Shown here piece by piece: positions 18,201-26,680 of a stretch of DNA of 41,214 nt. The stretch is taken from positions 1 to 41,214 of the forward strand of contig JACRKZ010000133.1 in the NCBI GenBank assembly GCA_016235455.1, read 5' to 3'. Position numbers and translations under genes: made by a program. Under the pieces are notes generated by a model. That model ran no database searches and was not told the DNA's origin. It was given only the letters and a program-made list of their open reading frames with translations. Positions within the stretch are counted from its first letter, which is position 1, and each line of letters begins with the position of its first letter. Source of the stretch: Armatimonadota bacterium (GTDB taxonomy: Bacteria > Armatimonadota > UBA10988).

Positions 18201-20042
18201 TCACTGCCCCTGCGCCGCCTTGACCGAGCGCACCACATACTCGTTGGGGTCGTCGGCCAGCTTGGCGATGGCCGCGCCCGCGCCGGGCGCGCGGGCGCCC
18301 ATGGCGGCCAGCTCCTGCACGGCGCGTAGCCGCACCCACGGGTTACGGTCGCCCAGCGCCTCGGTCAGCGTTCGCTCTGCCGGCGCGTCCTGCTTCTCAC
18401 GCGCCAGGCCCCAGGCCGCCACCACGCGCACAATGGCCGCCGGATCGGCGGTCAGCCGCTCCAGTTCGGCGCGCTGCCCGCCGAACCAGGCCAGCCCGGT
18501 CGCCGCCCAGTAGCGCACGCCGATGTCGGGGTCCTTGGCCGCGTCCAACAGCTTGGGCAGCGCGGCGCGGCCGCGACCAACCAGGTCGGCGGCGGCCAGC
18601 AGGCGGTCGACCAGCTTGTCGCCGCCGGGCGAGTGCAGAATGGACCAGCGCCCACCGGCCGCCGGCTCGCGCGCCGCCAGCTCAGACTCGTGCAACAGCC
18701 CGATATCGCGACACTCGCGTTGCCAGGCGAGCACCTGCCCGCGCAGCCGCGCCAGCACCGCCGCGTGCTCTGGCCGATCGGCCAGGTTGCGCAGTTCGAA
18801 CGGGTCGGCTTCGGTGTCGTACAGCTCCTCGAGCGGCTTGCTGTCGGCCAGGAACTGCGCCGATTCGGGCTTCAGCCGGCCGGCGGCGAACTCGCGCCGC
18901 CACTCGGCCAGGGTCGGCGTCTGCTCACCGTAGGCGTTGGGCAGGTAGCGATTGAGGTACGGCGCGTAGTTGCGCACGTAGCGCCAGCGGCGGTCGCGGG
19001 CGCTGCGGATCATCTCCGGCTGCTCGTCCATGCGGTCGCGCGCGGAGAAGACGACCTGGCGCGGCGGGGTGAGCTTGGGCCCCAGGAAGGCGCGCCCCTG
19101 GAAGTGCGCCGGGATGGGCACGCCGGCCAGATTCAGCACCGTCGGGCCGAGGTCCATGAGCATCAGGAGCTGGTCGTCGACACTGCCCGGCTGGCCCTGC
19201 CCGTCGACGCGGTAGCGCTGGGGCACCCGCGCCAGCAGCGGCACACGCGTGCCGCTATCGATGACCCAGCGCTTGCACCGCGGCATGCCGTCGCCATGGT
19301 CGCCCCAGAAGAAGACGATGGTGTTGTCGGCCAAGCCGGCCTCGTCGAGTTCGCGGAGCAGGGCTCCGACCTGCTGGTCCATGACCGTCTGGCACTCGCG
19401 CAGATGGGCCAGGTCGAGGCGCACCTCGGGCGTGTCGGGCAGGTACGGCGGCACGCTCTGCTGGGCCGGGTCCTGCCGCTGTTCGGGCGTCAGGTCGCCC
19501 GCCGCCTGCTGATATGGCCGGCCGCGCTTGCGGAACTGGCTCTCGTGGGTGATCTCCAGGTTGAACACGGCGAAGAAGGGCTGGCCGGGTGCGCGGTTCT
19601 TCCAGTGGGCGCGCTGGTTGCACTGGTCCCAGGCCTCCTTGGGCACAGGGAAGTTGTAGTCTGTCTTGGCGCGGTTGGTGCAGTAGTAACCGGCCTGCCG
19701 CAGGTACTCGGGGAAGCAGTGGACGAACTCGGGCAGGCTCACCTGGCTGCGCATATGGCTGGTGCCCAGGCAGGTGGGATACATGCTGGTGATGATCGAC
19801 GAGCGGCTCGGCGCACAGACGCCGTACGTGCTGAAGGCCCGGTCATAGCGCACCGATTGGGCCGCCAGCGCCTCAAGGTTGGGCGTCTTGGCCAGCGGGT
19901 CGCCGTAGCAGCGCAGGTGGGGGCTCATGTCCTCACACGAGATCCACACGATGTTGGGCCGGTTGCCCTGAGTCCGTGCGGCTCGCAGGGCCAGCGCCGC
20001 GGCGCCCATCGCGCCCACCGCCTGTCGTCGGGTCATGGCCAT
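18201..20042 (-). CDS. Sulfatase (S1, formylglycine-dependent) with Tat-like signal and C-terminal HEAT repeats
   Basis: TRRQAV twin-arginine leader, PNIVWISCED, CAPSRSSIITS (CxPxR), GDHG, EELYDTEADPFE, and HEAT-like DPDIGVRYWAA/DRNPWVRLRAV. Start 20042 after AGGAG. Confidence 0.93.
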   Translation of the reverse strand: MAMTRRQAVGAMGAAALALRAARTQGNRPNIVWISCEDMSPHLRCYGDPLAKTPNLEALAAQSVRYDRAFSTYGVCAPSRSSIITSMYPTCLGTSHMRSQVSLPEFVHCFPEYLRQAGYYCTNRAKTDYNFPVPKEAWDQCNQRAHWKNRAPGQPFFAVFNLEITHESQFRKRGRPYQQAAGDLTPEQRQDPAQQSVPPYLPDTPEVRLDLAHLRECQTVMDQQVGALLRELDEAGLADNTIVFFWGDHGDGMPRCKRWVIDSGTRVPLLARVPQRYRVDGQGQPGSVDDQLLMLMDLGPTVLNLAGVPIPAHFQGRAFLGPKLTPPRQVVFSARDRMDEQPEMIRSARDRRWRYVRNYAPYLNRYLPNAYGEQTPTLAEWRREFAAGRLKPESAQFLADSKPLEELYDTEADPFELRNLADRPEHAAVLARLRGQVLAWQRECRDIGLLHESELAAREPAAGGRWSILHSPGGDKLVDRLLAAADLVGRGRAALPKLLDAAKDPDIGVRYWAATGLAWFGGQRAELERLTADPAAIVRVVAAWGLAREKQDAPAERTLTEALGDRNPWVRLRAVQELAAMGARAPGAGAAIAKLADDPNEYVVRSVKAAQGQ

Positions 20043-20458
20043 GGTCGGCTCTCCTGCGCCTCGGGCAGACCCCAAATGCGCGGCGTGGTCAGCTCCAGCG
20101 AGTTGCCCGCCGGATCACGAAAGTAGAGCGAGTTGCCGCTAGGCCGCTCGATGATCTGCTCGATGGCCACCCCGTGGCGGGTCAGATGCTCGCGCCACGC
20201 AGCCAGGTCGGCGTTGGCCACGGCCAGCGCCAGATGGCCCGGCCCGAGCGCGCCGTGCCGCGGTACGTCGCTGGTGCCGTCGGCCGCGCAGCGCCTGGGG
20301 TTGAACAGCAGCACCATGCTCGCCCCGCAGCGGAAGAAGGCGTGCCGACCCACCTCGGCCGCTACCAGTTCCAGGCCTAACACGTCGCCGTAGAAGGCCG
20401 CCGCCGTATCGAGGTCGTCGACATACAGGCAGCTCTCGATGACACCGTCCGGCCGCAT
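20033..20458 (-). CDS. VOC/glyoxalase family protein
   Basis: ESCLYVDDLDTAAAFYGDVLGL, HGALGPGHLALAV, SLYFRDPAGNSLEL. Confidence 0.92.
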   Translation of the reverse strand: MRPDGVIESCLYVDDLDTAAAFYGDVLGLELVAAEVGRHAFFRCGASMVLLFNPRRCAADGTSDVPRHGALGPGHLALAVANADLAAWREHLTRHGVAIEQIIERPSGNSLYFRDPAGNSLELTTPRIWGLPEAQESRPWP

Positions 20459-20461
20459 CGG

Positions 20462-21529
20462 CTAGTCCTCTCGCTCGCTCAGGCTGAGCCCGCGCTCCAG
20501 CTCGGCCGAGCTGGCGCCGGTCTCGCGCGCCAGTGAGATGGCCGCCGCCGACACGCCGCCGCCGCTGGGCAGGCGCAGCCCACGTCGGCGCGCCTCCAGC
20601 ACCGACTGCACGGTGCGGATGAGCGCCGCCGCGCCGCGCCACGTGGGCTCGATGGTCACCGTCTCCTCGCCCACTTCCAGCCGCCAGGCGCCGTCGCGCA
20701 GCGTCATGGCCTGCAGGTCGTCCCAGCCGTAGTGCTGCCAGCCCAGGCCGTGCCGCAAGCTGAGGCCCTCGCCGTCGGCCACGATCACCCGGCCGCCGCG
20801 CAGGCTGCGGTAGACCTTCAGGCCCAGCCCGCCGGAGAACACGCCAAAGAAGATGCTTGCGTGCGCCGTGATGAACAGGAGACTGCCCAGCTTGGCCAGC
20901 CCGGGCGTTTTGGCAAAGCCGATGAAGAAGGCCGAGTAGAAGGCGGCCAACGCCAACGTCACCGCCACCCACACCGGCAGCAGCAGCAGCCCGGTGCGCC
21001 GCTCGGACGACGCAGCGCCCACGCGCAGCACCTGCCCTGCGGCCAGGCCCAGCCAGCCGCGAACCTCGTCGGGGCTAAGCAGGTCGCCCTCGGGCTCGGC
21101 CGTCTCGTCGGGGTTCAGGCCGGCCTGGATCTTCTGTGCCAGCCGTCGCCAGCCCGACACCTCGGTCGACCACCGCACCTCGCCGCTGTCCGTGACCAGA
21201 CAGGCGCCCTGGTCGCCCAGCTTCACCTCGCGCATCGACGCCCAAGGCCAACAGCGCGGCGGCTGGCCCAGGCGCACCTCCGTCAGGCCGGCGTCGTCCA
21301 GCCGGTAGCCCCGCAGTTGGCCCCTCAGCGGCTTGATCAGCCCGGACACGCCGCCAACCACGGCCAGCGCGCCGATGGCGCCAAAGAGCAGCCCGATGCC
21401 CTTCGCCATGAACACCGCGGAGCCGAAACCGATGCCCCACAGAATGACGAAGACAAGCGCCGGCCAGCCGCTGGGCAGCTTGAGCCGGCAGCCGTAGAAC
21501 TCGTCGCGCGGGGAGGTGTCGAGGCCCAT
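20462..21529 (-). CDS. Membrane protein with two TM-hairpin plus PH-like repeats
   Basis: Likely start MGLDTSPR at 21529. Two repeats of hydrophobic hairpin plus YRLDDAGL...WPWASMREV / IVADGEGL...YGWDDLQAM. Confidence 0.7.
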   Translation of the reverse strand: MGLDTSPRDEFYGCRLKLPSGWPALVFVILWGIGFGSAVFMAKGIGLLFGAIGALAVVGGVSGLIKPLRGQLRGYRLDDAGLTEVRLGQPPRCWPWASMREVKLGDQGACLVTDSGEVRWSTEVSGWRRLAQKIQAGLNPDETAEPEGDLLSPDEVRGWLGLAAGQVLRVGAASSERRTGLLLLPVWVAVTLALAAFYSAFFIGFAKTPGLAKLGSLLFITAHASIFFGVFSGGLGLKVYRSLRGGRVIVADGEGLSLRHGLGWQHYGWDDLQAMTLRDGAWRLEVGEETVTIEPTWRGAAALIRTVQSVLEARRRGLRLPSGGGVSAAAISLARETGASSAELERGLSLSERED

Positions 21530-21584
21530 GTAGGCAATGGTGGCACAGAACCGGCCCGGCCGGCAAGGCTCCACGAGTCACACC

Positions 21585-22670
21585 ATGCCCGTAACCATCA
21601 ACACCGACTTCCCCACCGGCTGCCTGGGCACTGTCGAGTCGCACGCGCCCGGCCGGCTCGTGGTGCGGCTCTATCGTGAGACAGCCGCCGATGGCCTGCA
21701 CACCCAGGCCACTTGGTTCCATGCCCGCTTCGACGGACTCGACCAGCCGTGCGAGCTGGTGCTCTGCGGTCTGCGGGACATCTACGAAGGCCAGCCCGGC
21801 CACAGCATCAATGAGCGCGACAAGCCGGTCATCAGTCGCGACGGCCGTACCTGGCAGCGCCTGCCCCAGGCCACGTTCGACCGCGAGCGGGCCGAGCTGA
21901 CCGTGCCGCTGCCGGCCTGCGACGGACCGTTGTGGCTGGCCAACCTCGAGCCCTATGGGCCGGCCGAGTTGGCGCAACTCGCGGCGTTGGTACCCGCGAG
22001 CCAGCAAGCAGTCGCCGGGCTGACCGCTCAGGGCCGGCCGCTGCCGATGTGGACGTTCGGCCGCCCGGACGCCGCGAGATGCGTCTGGATCCTGGCCCGT
22101 CAGCACGCCTGGGAGTCGCATACGTCGTGGTGCGCGGAGGGCCTGGTCCGGCAACTGCTGGCCGAGCCGCCGGCAGGGCTGTGCGTCGTGGTGCTGCCGA
22201 TGGTCGATCCTGACGGCGTGGTGCGCGGCGGCACGCGCTGCAATGTGCACGGCTACGACGTGAACCGCTGGTGGGACAGCACCGACCCGGCCAACCCGGA
22301 GCACTGCCGGTTGCGGCCGGAGATCGCCGCGGTCAAGCGGGCCATGGCCGACTGGCTGGCCGCGGGCCGGCACATCGACCTGTGCCTGAACCTGCACGAC
22401 ACGCAAAGCGATGTGATGGGTGTGCCGAGGCCGCTGCTCGACCAGAAGCTGATCGTCGAGTTGCATCGGCAGATGCAGGCGGCCGGCTACACCGGGCCGC
22501 TGCAGGCCGACCACACGCCGGGCACGGTGCAGCACGGGTTGTACACGGAGAGCGGGCTGGTGGGCGCCCTGATCGAGCTCGGCACAGCCGACCTGCCGGG
22601 CTGGGACCACCTGCCCACGGCGGCGGACCGCATGGCGCTGGGCGCGGCCATGGCGCGAGCCTTGGCCTAG
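21585..22670 (+). CDS. M14 zinc carboxypeptidase (cytosolic CCP/Nna1-like)
   Basis: Start MPVTINTDFPTG. WFHARF N-domain, ARQHAWE (HxxE), PMVDPDGV, DVNR, LNLH. Confidence 0.88.
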   Translation: MPVTINTDFPTGCLGTVESHAPGRLVVRLYRETAADGLHTQATWFHARFDGLDQPCELVLCGLRDIYEGQPGHSINERDKPVISRDGRTWQRLPQATFDRERAELTVPLPACDGPLWLANLEPYGPAELAQLAALVPASQQAVAGLTAQGRPLPMWTFGRPDAARCVWILARQHAWESHTSWCAEGLVRQLLAEPPAGLCVVVLPMVDPDGVVRGGTRCNVHGYDVNRWWDSTDPANPEHCRLRPEIAAVKRAMADWLAAGRHIDLCLNLHDTQSDVMGVPRPLLDQKLIVELHRQMQAAGYTGPLQADHTPGTVQHGLYTESGLVGALIELGTADLPGWDHLPTAADRMALGAAMARALA

Positions 22671-22671
22671 A

Positions 22672-22920
22672 CTACTCGTCGGCGCGGTGCACTTCGTACC
22701 AGTGCCGCAGCTCGGCGGCGCGCGCGGCGGGCAGCTTGGGCGCCAGCACATCGTCGATGGCTCCCTGCAAGGCCAGCAGGCAGCGCACGTTGTCGAGATC
22801 GGGGAACTGCACGCGCAGCCGCAGGAAGGCCTCGCGCGCGCCGACCTCCTCCAACCGCTCGATGCTGTCGATGCCCACGGCCAGAAGCTGGGTGCCCAGC
22901 TCAAACCCGATGTTGGCCAA
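22672..22920 (-). CDS. TfoX/Sxy C-terminal-domain family protein, apparently 5'-truncated
   Basis: LANIGFELGTQLLAVGIDSIERLEEVGAREAFLRL...LLALQGAI...AELRHWY matches the TfoX_C helix-hairpin-helix pattern. Similarity begins at TTG 22920; no RBS. Confidence 0.75.
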   Translation of the reverse strand: MANIGFELGTQLLAVGIDSIERLEEVGAREAFLRLRVQFPDLDNVRCLLALQGAIDDVLAPKLPAARAAELRHWYEVHRADE

Positions 22921-24184
22921 GTGGCAGGACTGGACCACCGTGGCGCTGCGCAACGGGCTGGTCACCGCGCAGATCGTGCCCACGCTGGGCGGACGCGTCA
23001 TGGCCTTCGAGTTCGACGGCCGCAACCTGCTCTATGCCAACCCCAAGCTGCTCGGCCAGGCGCCGCCCGCCGCCGGGGCCGAGGCGCCCAACTTCGGCGG
23101 CATGACCGCGCTGGCGGCCGACGTGAGCTCGACCAAGCTGGCACTGGGCACCTACGCCGCCACCATCGACCGCGAACGCGGCCAGGAAGCCGTGGTCAAG
23201 CTGGCCAGCGAACGTGACGAGGCCGCCGGGCTGACGCTGACGCGCGACCTGACCCTCGCCCGCGGCGGCACCGTGCTGCGCCTGACGCACAACCTGACCA
23301 ACGTCGGCACCGCGTCGCGAAGCACCTACCTGGCCGACACCTCGCAGCATCCCGGCAGCCTGCAGGATGGCGAGACACACAACGCCCTGCTCCAGCTCAT
23401 CCTGCCCCTGGCCGCCAAGAGCCCGTTGGCCAACGGCTACAAGGTCGTCTCCGGCGAGGCCGGCGAGCAGCTCGCCGCGGCCGACGGTCGGCTGATGCTC
23501 AAGTACGGCGGGGCCGAGCTGCTGGTCGGGGCCGACGACGACGACGGCTGGGTGGCCTGGTTTGATCAGCAGCACAAGACCGTGCTGGCCAAGTTCACCA
23601 CGCCGACCACGGGCACCCGCTATGCCGACGACCAGAGCGCCACGCTCTACGCCGCGCCGGCCAAGAAGGAGTCGTATGTCGCGGCCACACTGCGCTCACC
23701 GCTGACAGAGATCGCGGCCGGCGGCAAGCTCGGCTTGGAGGTCTGCTACGCGGCCACGCACTGTCCCGGCCCGGTGGTCAGCGTCACGCCCGCAGGTGTC
23801 GTGTGCGTACCGCTCAGTGGCGAACGCGGCGAGCAGACCGTCACGCTCGGCGGCGTGTTCGGCGTGTTCTACACCGGTTTTGCGCAGGTGGTCTTCCTGA
23901 ACAAGGACGGCGCCGAGCTGGCCCGCACCTCGCCCGTGGCGGTCAACCCGCTGACCGAGTACCGCCTCAACCAGCCCGCGGCCCTGCCCGACGGCGCCAC
24001 GCAGGCGTCCCTGGTGCTGCTCACCGCCGACCGCGTGCAGATCGGCGAACTCGACCGCTGCCTGGTCAGCGAGCTTAAGATCAAGAAGCCCGAGGATGTG
24101 GCTGTCGGCGACAAGAAGCCCGCCTCCACCGCGACCAACGCGCCGACCGCCTCCACCGCGCCGGCCGAGCCGAGCAAGCCGTGA
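22910..24184 (+). CDS. DUF4380/galactose-mutarotase-like beta-sandwich protein, possibly lacking its 5' end
   Basis: W..VALRNGLVTAQIVPTLGGRVMAFEFDGRNLLYAN, LTLTRDLTL...LTHNLTN, Pro/Ala-rich tail. Only the part from ATG 22910 of the 22271 ORF looks coding. Confidence 0.7.
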   Translation: MLAKWQDWTTVALRNGLVTAQIVPTLGGRVMAFEFDGRNLLYANPKLLGQAPPAAGAEAPNFGGMTALAADVSSTKLALGTYAATIDRERGQEAVVKLASERDEAAGLTLTRDLTLARGGTVLRLTHNLTNVGTASRSTYLADTSQHPGSLQDGETHNALLQLILPLAAKSPLANGYKVVSGEAGEQLAAADGRLMLKYGGAELLVGADDDDGWVAWFDQQHKTVLAKFTTPTTGTRYADDQSATLYAAPAKKESYVAATLRSPLTEIAAGGKLGLEVCYAATHCPGPVVSVTPAGVVCVPLSGERGEQTVTLGGVFGVFYTGFAQVVFLNKDGAELARTSPVAVNPLTEYRLNQPAALPDGATQASLVLLTADRVQIGELDRCLVSELKIKKPEDVAVGDKKPASTATNAPTASTAPAEPSKP

Positions 24185-25746
24185 AACGATGGATTGTGAC
24201 GCTGGGCCTGCTGGCCTGCCTACCCGCTGGCGCGGCCCTGCTCTGGCAGGTGCCCGAGGAACAGCCGCTGCCGCCGTTGACCGCGATGCGCTGGCAGCCC
24301 GACCTGTTCGTCGGCGCCGGTCTGCGGACCATGGACGAGGCCGCCGAGAAGCTGTGCACCCAGGTGGGGGCCACGCCGGGCGACGATCCGCTGTGGATCC
24401 GCTTGGACGCCTTCGACCTGTGCTCGGTGGGCGATTGCGAGTCCTGCCAGCCGCCGCCCGAGGACCCGCACCGCGTGGTGGCCGATGCGCCGCCGGGCGA
24501 GTTGCAGCCAGGCCACCTGCGCTTTGCTGCCCTGGCCAACCAGGCCCTCGCCGCCACGCGCGCGCGGCCCTATCTGGTGGTGCCCGCCGGCCAGTTGCCG
24601 CCGCTCGACTACCGCTGCGACACGTTGCTCGTGCTGCTGGCCTCACCGCCGCTGACCGCCCTGCGCGACCCCGCCGTGTACGACACGCGCCGGGCGCAGC
24701 GCGACGCCTGGCGTCGGACCGGCGCTGAGGTGCGCCACCTGATCACCGACGGCATGGGCGATCCGGCCGGGCTGCCGCTGTGCGCCGACCTGCTGCGCGA
24801 GCAGGCTGCTGAGCTGAAGCCGAGCCTGCTGTTGGCGCGTGACCGGGCGCACGCCACCGTGCTCGGGCCGGCCGCCTTGGCCCAGCGCATCCGCGCCGTG
24901 GCCGTGGATGGCGCCACGACGCCCGTCGGCGACCGTCTGCGCGCCGACGACCCCGACACCGCGCGGCTGCTCGATGTCTACAGCGCGCTCGACGGCGGCG
25001 GCGGCGAGTTGGGCCGACTGACGCTCGACTGCCTGGCCGCCGGGGCCGCCTGGGACGACGCGCGCGCCGGCGGGCGCGCGGTGCCCACGGGCCTGACCGA
25101 GCTGCTGGCGCGGCGCGCGAAGCTGACAGCTCCGCCGAGCAGTGGGCCGTTGTCCGCGGCCTGGTCGGCGTTCGTGGCCAAGGCTGAGCCACTGCCGCAT
25201 GTGACTCTGCCCAAGCTGGGTGAGGTGACCATCGATGGCGAGCGCATCGCTGGCGAATGGGATCGCGCGCTGCACCTGAACCTGACCCGCGACGACTCGG
25301 GCCAGACCAGCGCCCGGCCGGGCGAGGTGTGGCTGGGCCTCAGTGGCGACCGCCTGGTGGTCGCGGCGGTGGGCACCGAACCGGTGCCGGCCGAGGCCAC
25401 GTTGCGCGACCGCCTGGTGGTCACGCTGAGCCGGGGTGAGGCCGTGGTGCGGCTGGCCGGTGATGTCGGCGGCAAGGTGTCGGCCGAGCGCCTGGCGCGG
25501 CGCGGTGCGCCGTTGTCCTCCGCGGAGGCCGACGGGGCCAGGTGCGTCGGCCTGTTCGACGGGCCGGGCTGGTCGCTGGAGATGAGCATCCCGCTGGCGG
25601 CCATCGGGCTCGACCTGGGTGCGGGCTTTGGGCTCAACGTGGCGACCGAGCATCTGCGTGGTCGCGAGCACTGGCGCACGCTCTGGCTGCCCACCTGTGG
25701 CGGCGCCTGGCAACCAGAACGCAATGCACGCGCGACCCTCGGCTGA
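24181..25746 (+). CDS. Secreted hypothetical protein with Cys cluster and C-terminal CBM9-like domain
   Basis: GTGA overlap with the upstream gene, signal peptide, DLCSVGDCESC, VTIDGERIAGEW...GWSLEMSIPLAAIG. Confidence 0.7.
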   Translation: MKRWIVTLGLLACLPAGAALLWQVPEEQPLPPLTAMRWQPDLFVGAGLRTMDEAAEKLCTQVGATPGDDPLWIRLDAFDLCSVGDCESCQPPPEDPHRVVADAPPGELQPGHLRFAALANQALAATRARPYLVVPAGQLPPLDYRCDTLLVLLASPPLTALRDPAVYDTRRAQRDAWRRTGAEVRHLITDGMGDPAGLPLCADLLREQAAELKPSLLLARDRAHATVLGPAALAQRIRAVAVDGATTPVGDRLRADDPDTARLLDVYSALDGGGGELGRLTLDCLAAGAAWDDARAGGRAVPTGLTELLARRAKLTAPPSSGPLSAAWSAFVAKAEPLPHVTLPKLGEVTIDGERIAGEWDRALHLNLTRDDSGQTSARPGEVWLGLSGDRLVVAAVGTEPVPAEATLRDRLVVTLSRGEAVVRLAGDVGGKVSAERLARRGAPLSSAEADGARCVGLFDGPGWSLEMSIPLAAIGLDLGAGFGLNVATEHLRGREHWRTLWLPTCGGAWQPERNARATLG

Positions 25747-25782
25747 GCCATACTGAGAGGCTGACGTACCGGAGGACCCACC

Positions 25783-26592
25783 GTGCGCATCATGTTCTCA
25801 CGTGCCTGCCCCCTGACCCTTGGCGCGCTGCTCATCGCATCTTGGCCGCTGACTGCCGGCGGCAACGGCAACCCGGGCGTGGGCAACGGGCCCAAACCCG
25901 ACAAGGGCAACCCATCCGCCGCCTGGGGACAGCGGTATGAAGGTGTCGTCAAAGCAATCAGCGCGGACTCCATCACGCTCGGCGGCGTGAACGCCAAAGC
26001 CACTCGACCGCTGCCCCGCGGCGGCGACCGCGGCGCGAGCGAACGGGACACCACGCTCGGCCTGAGCACGGCCACTCGCTACGGCAACCTGACCCTAGGC
26101 GCGCGCACTGACTTGGCGGTCGGCCGCGCCGTGGCCCTGGCGCTGGTCAAACAGGACAACCTCATCGCGGCGCGCGGCGTCGTTGTCTACACCGGCGCGC
26201 CCGCCGACGGCGCCAGCCTCTGCGAGGCAGCGACGACGCCGTTGTTGGCGGCCGTCAGCGGCGCCAGTGCCGGCGAGCGCGCGGCGCGCATCGATCTGGG
26301 TGGCGGCAATCCGAGCGAAGGCGGCGGCAAGCCCGAGGGCACCCGCGTCAAGGGGCTGGTCGGCACCATCGACTCGCTCGACGGTGACCAATTGGTGCTC
26401 AACGTGGGCGGCAACAAGCTCGCCGTGAGCATCGCCGACGCCGGCCTGGGCAAGGTTGAGCCGCGCGGCCACGACCAGATCGTGGTCGGCCGGCGGGTCC
26501 TGGCGCTGTGTCGCGCGACCGACGGCGGCGCCAAGGACAGCGATGCCGCGGGCAAAACGGTGGCGGCGCTGCTGCAACTACCGGCTGGGTAG
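25783..26592 (+). CDS. Secreted protein with two DUF5666-like beta repeats
   Basis: GGAGG RBS and signal peptide. YEGVVKAISADSITL...TDLAVGRAV and LVGTIDSLDGDQLVL...IVVGRRV repeats. Confidence 0.7.
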   Translation: MRIMFSRACPLTLGALLIASWPLTAGGNGNPGVGNGPKPDKGNPSAAWGQRYEGVVKAISADSITLGGVNAKATRPLPRGGDRGASERDTTLGLSTATRYGNLTLGARTDLAVGRAVALALVKQDNLIAARGVVVYTGAPADGASLCEAATTPLLAAVSGASAGERAARIDLGGGNPSEGGGKPEGTRVKGLVGTIDSLDGDQLVLNVGGNKLAVSIADAGLGKVEPRGHDQIVVGRRVLALCRATDGGAKDSDAAGKTVAALLQLPAG

Positions 26593-26680
26593 CTTCGATC
26601 GCGCTTGGCTGCGCGGCATCCCCTTGCCATCGCCCGGCTGTCACACTAGCCTTGGTTGCGTGGTACTCGGATACGAGGAG

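Noticed and set aside
22271-22909. N-terminal extension of the 637-aa ORF
   Set aside because: It overlaps the M14 gene out of frame and the tfoX-like gene in antisense; composition is not protein-like.
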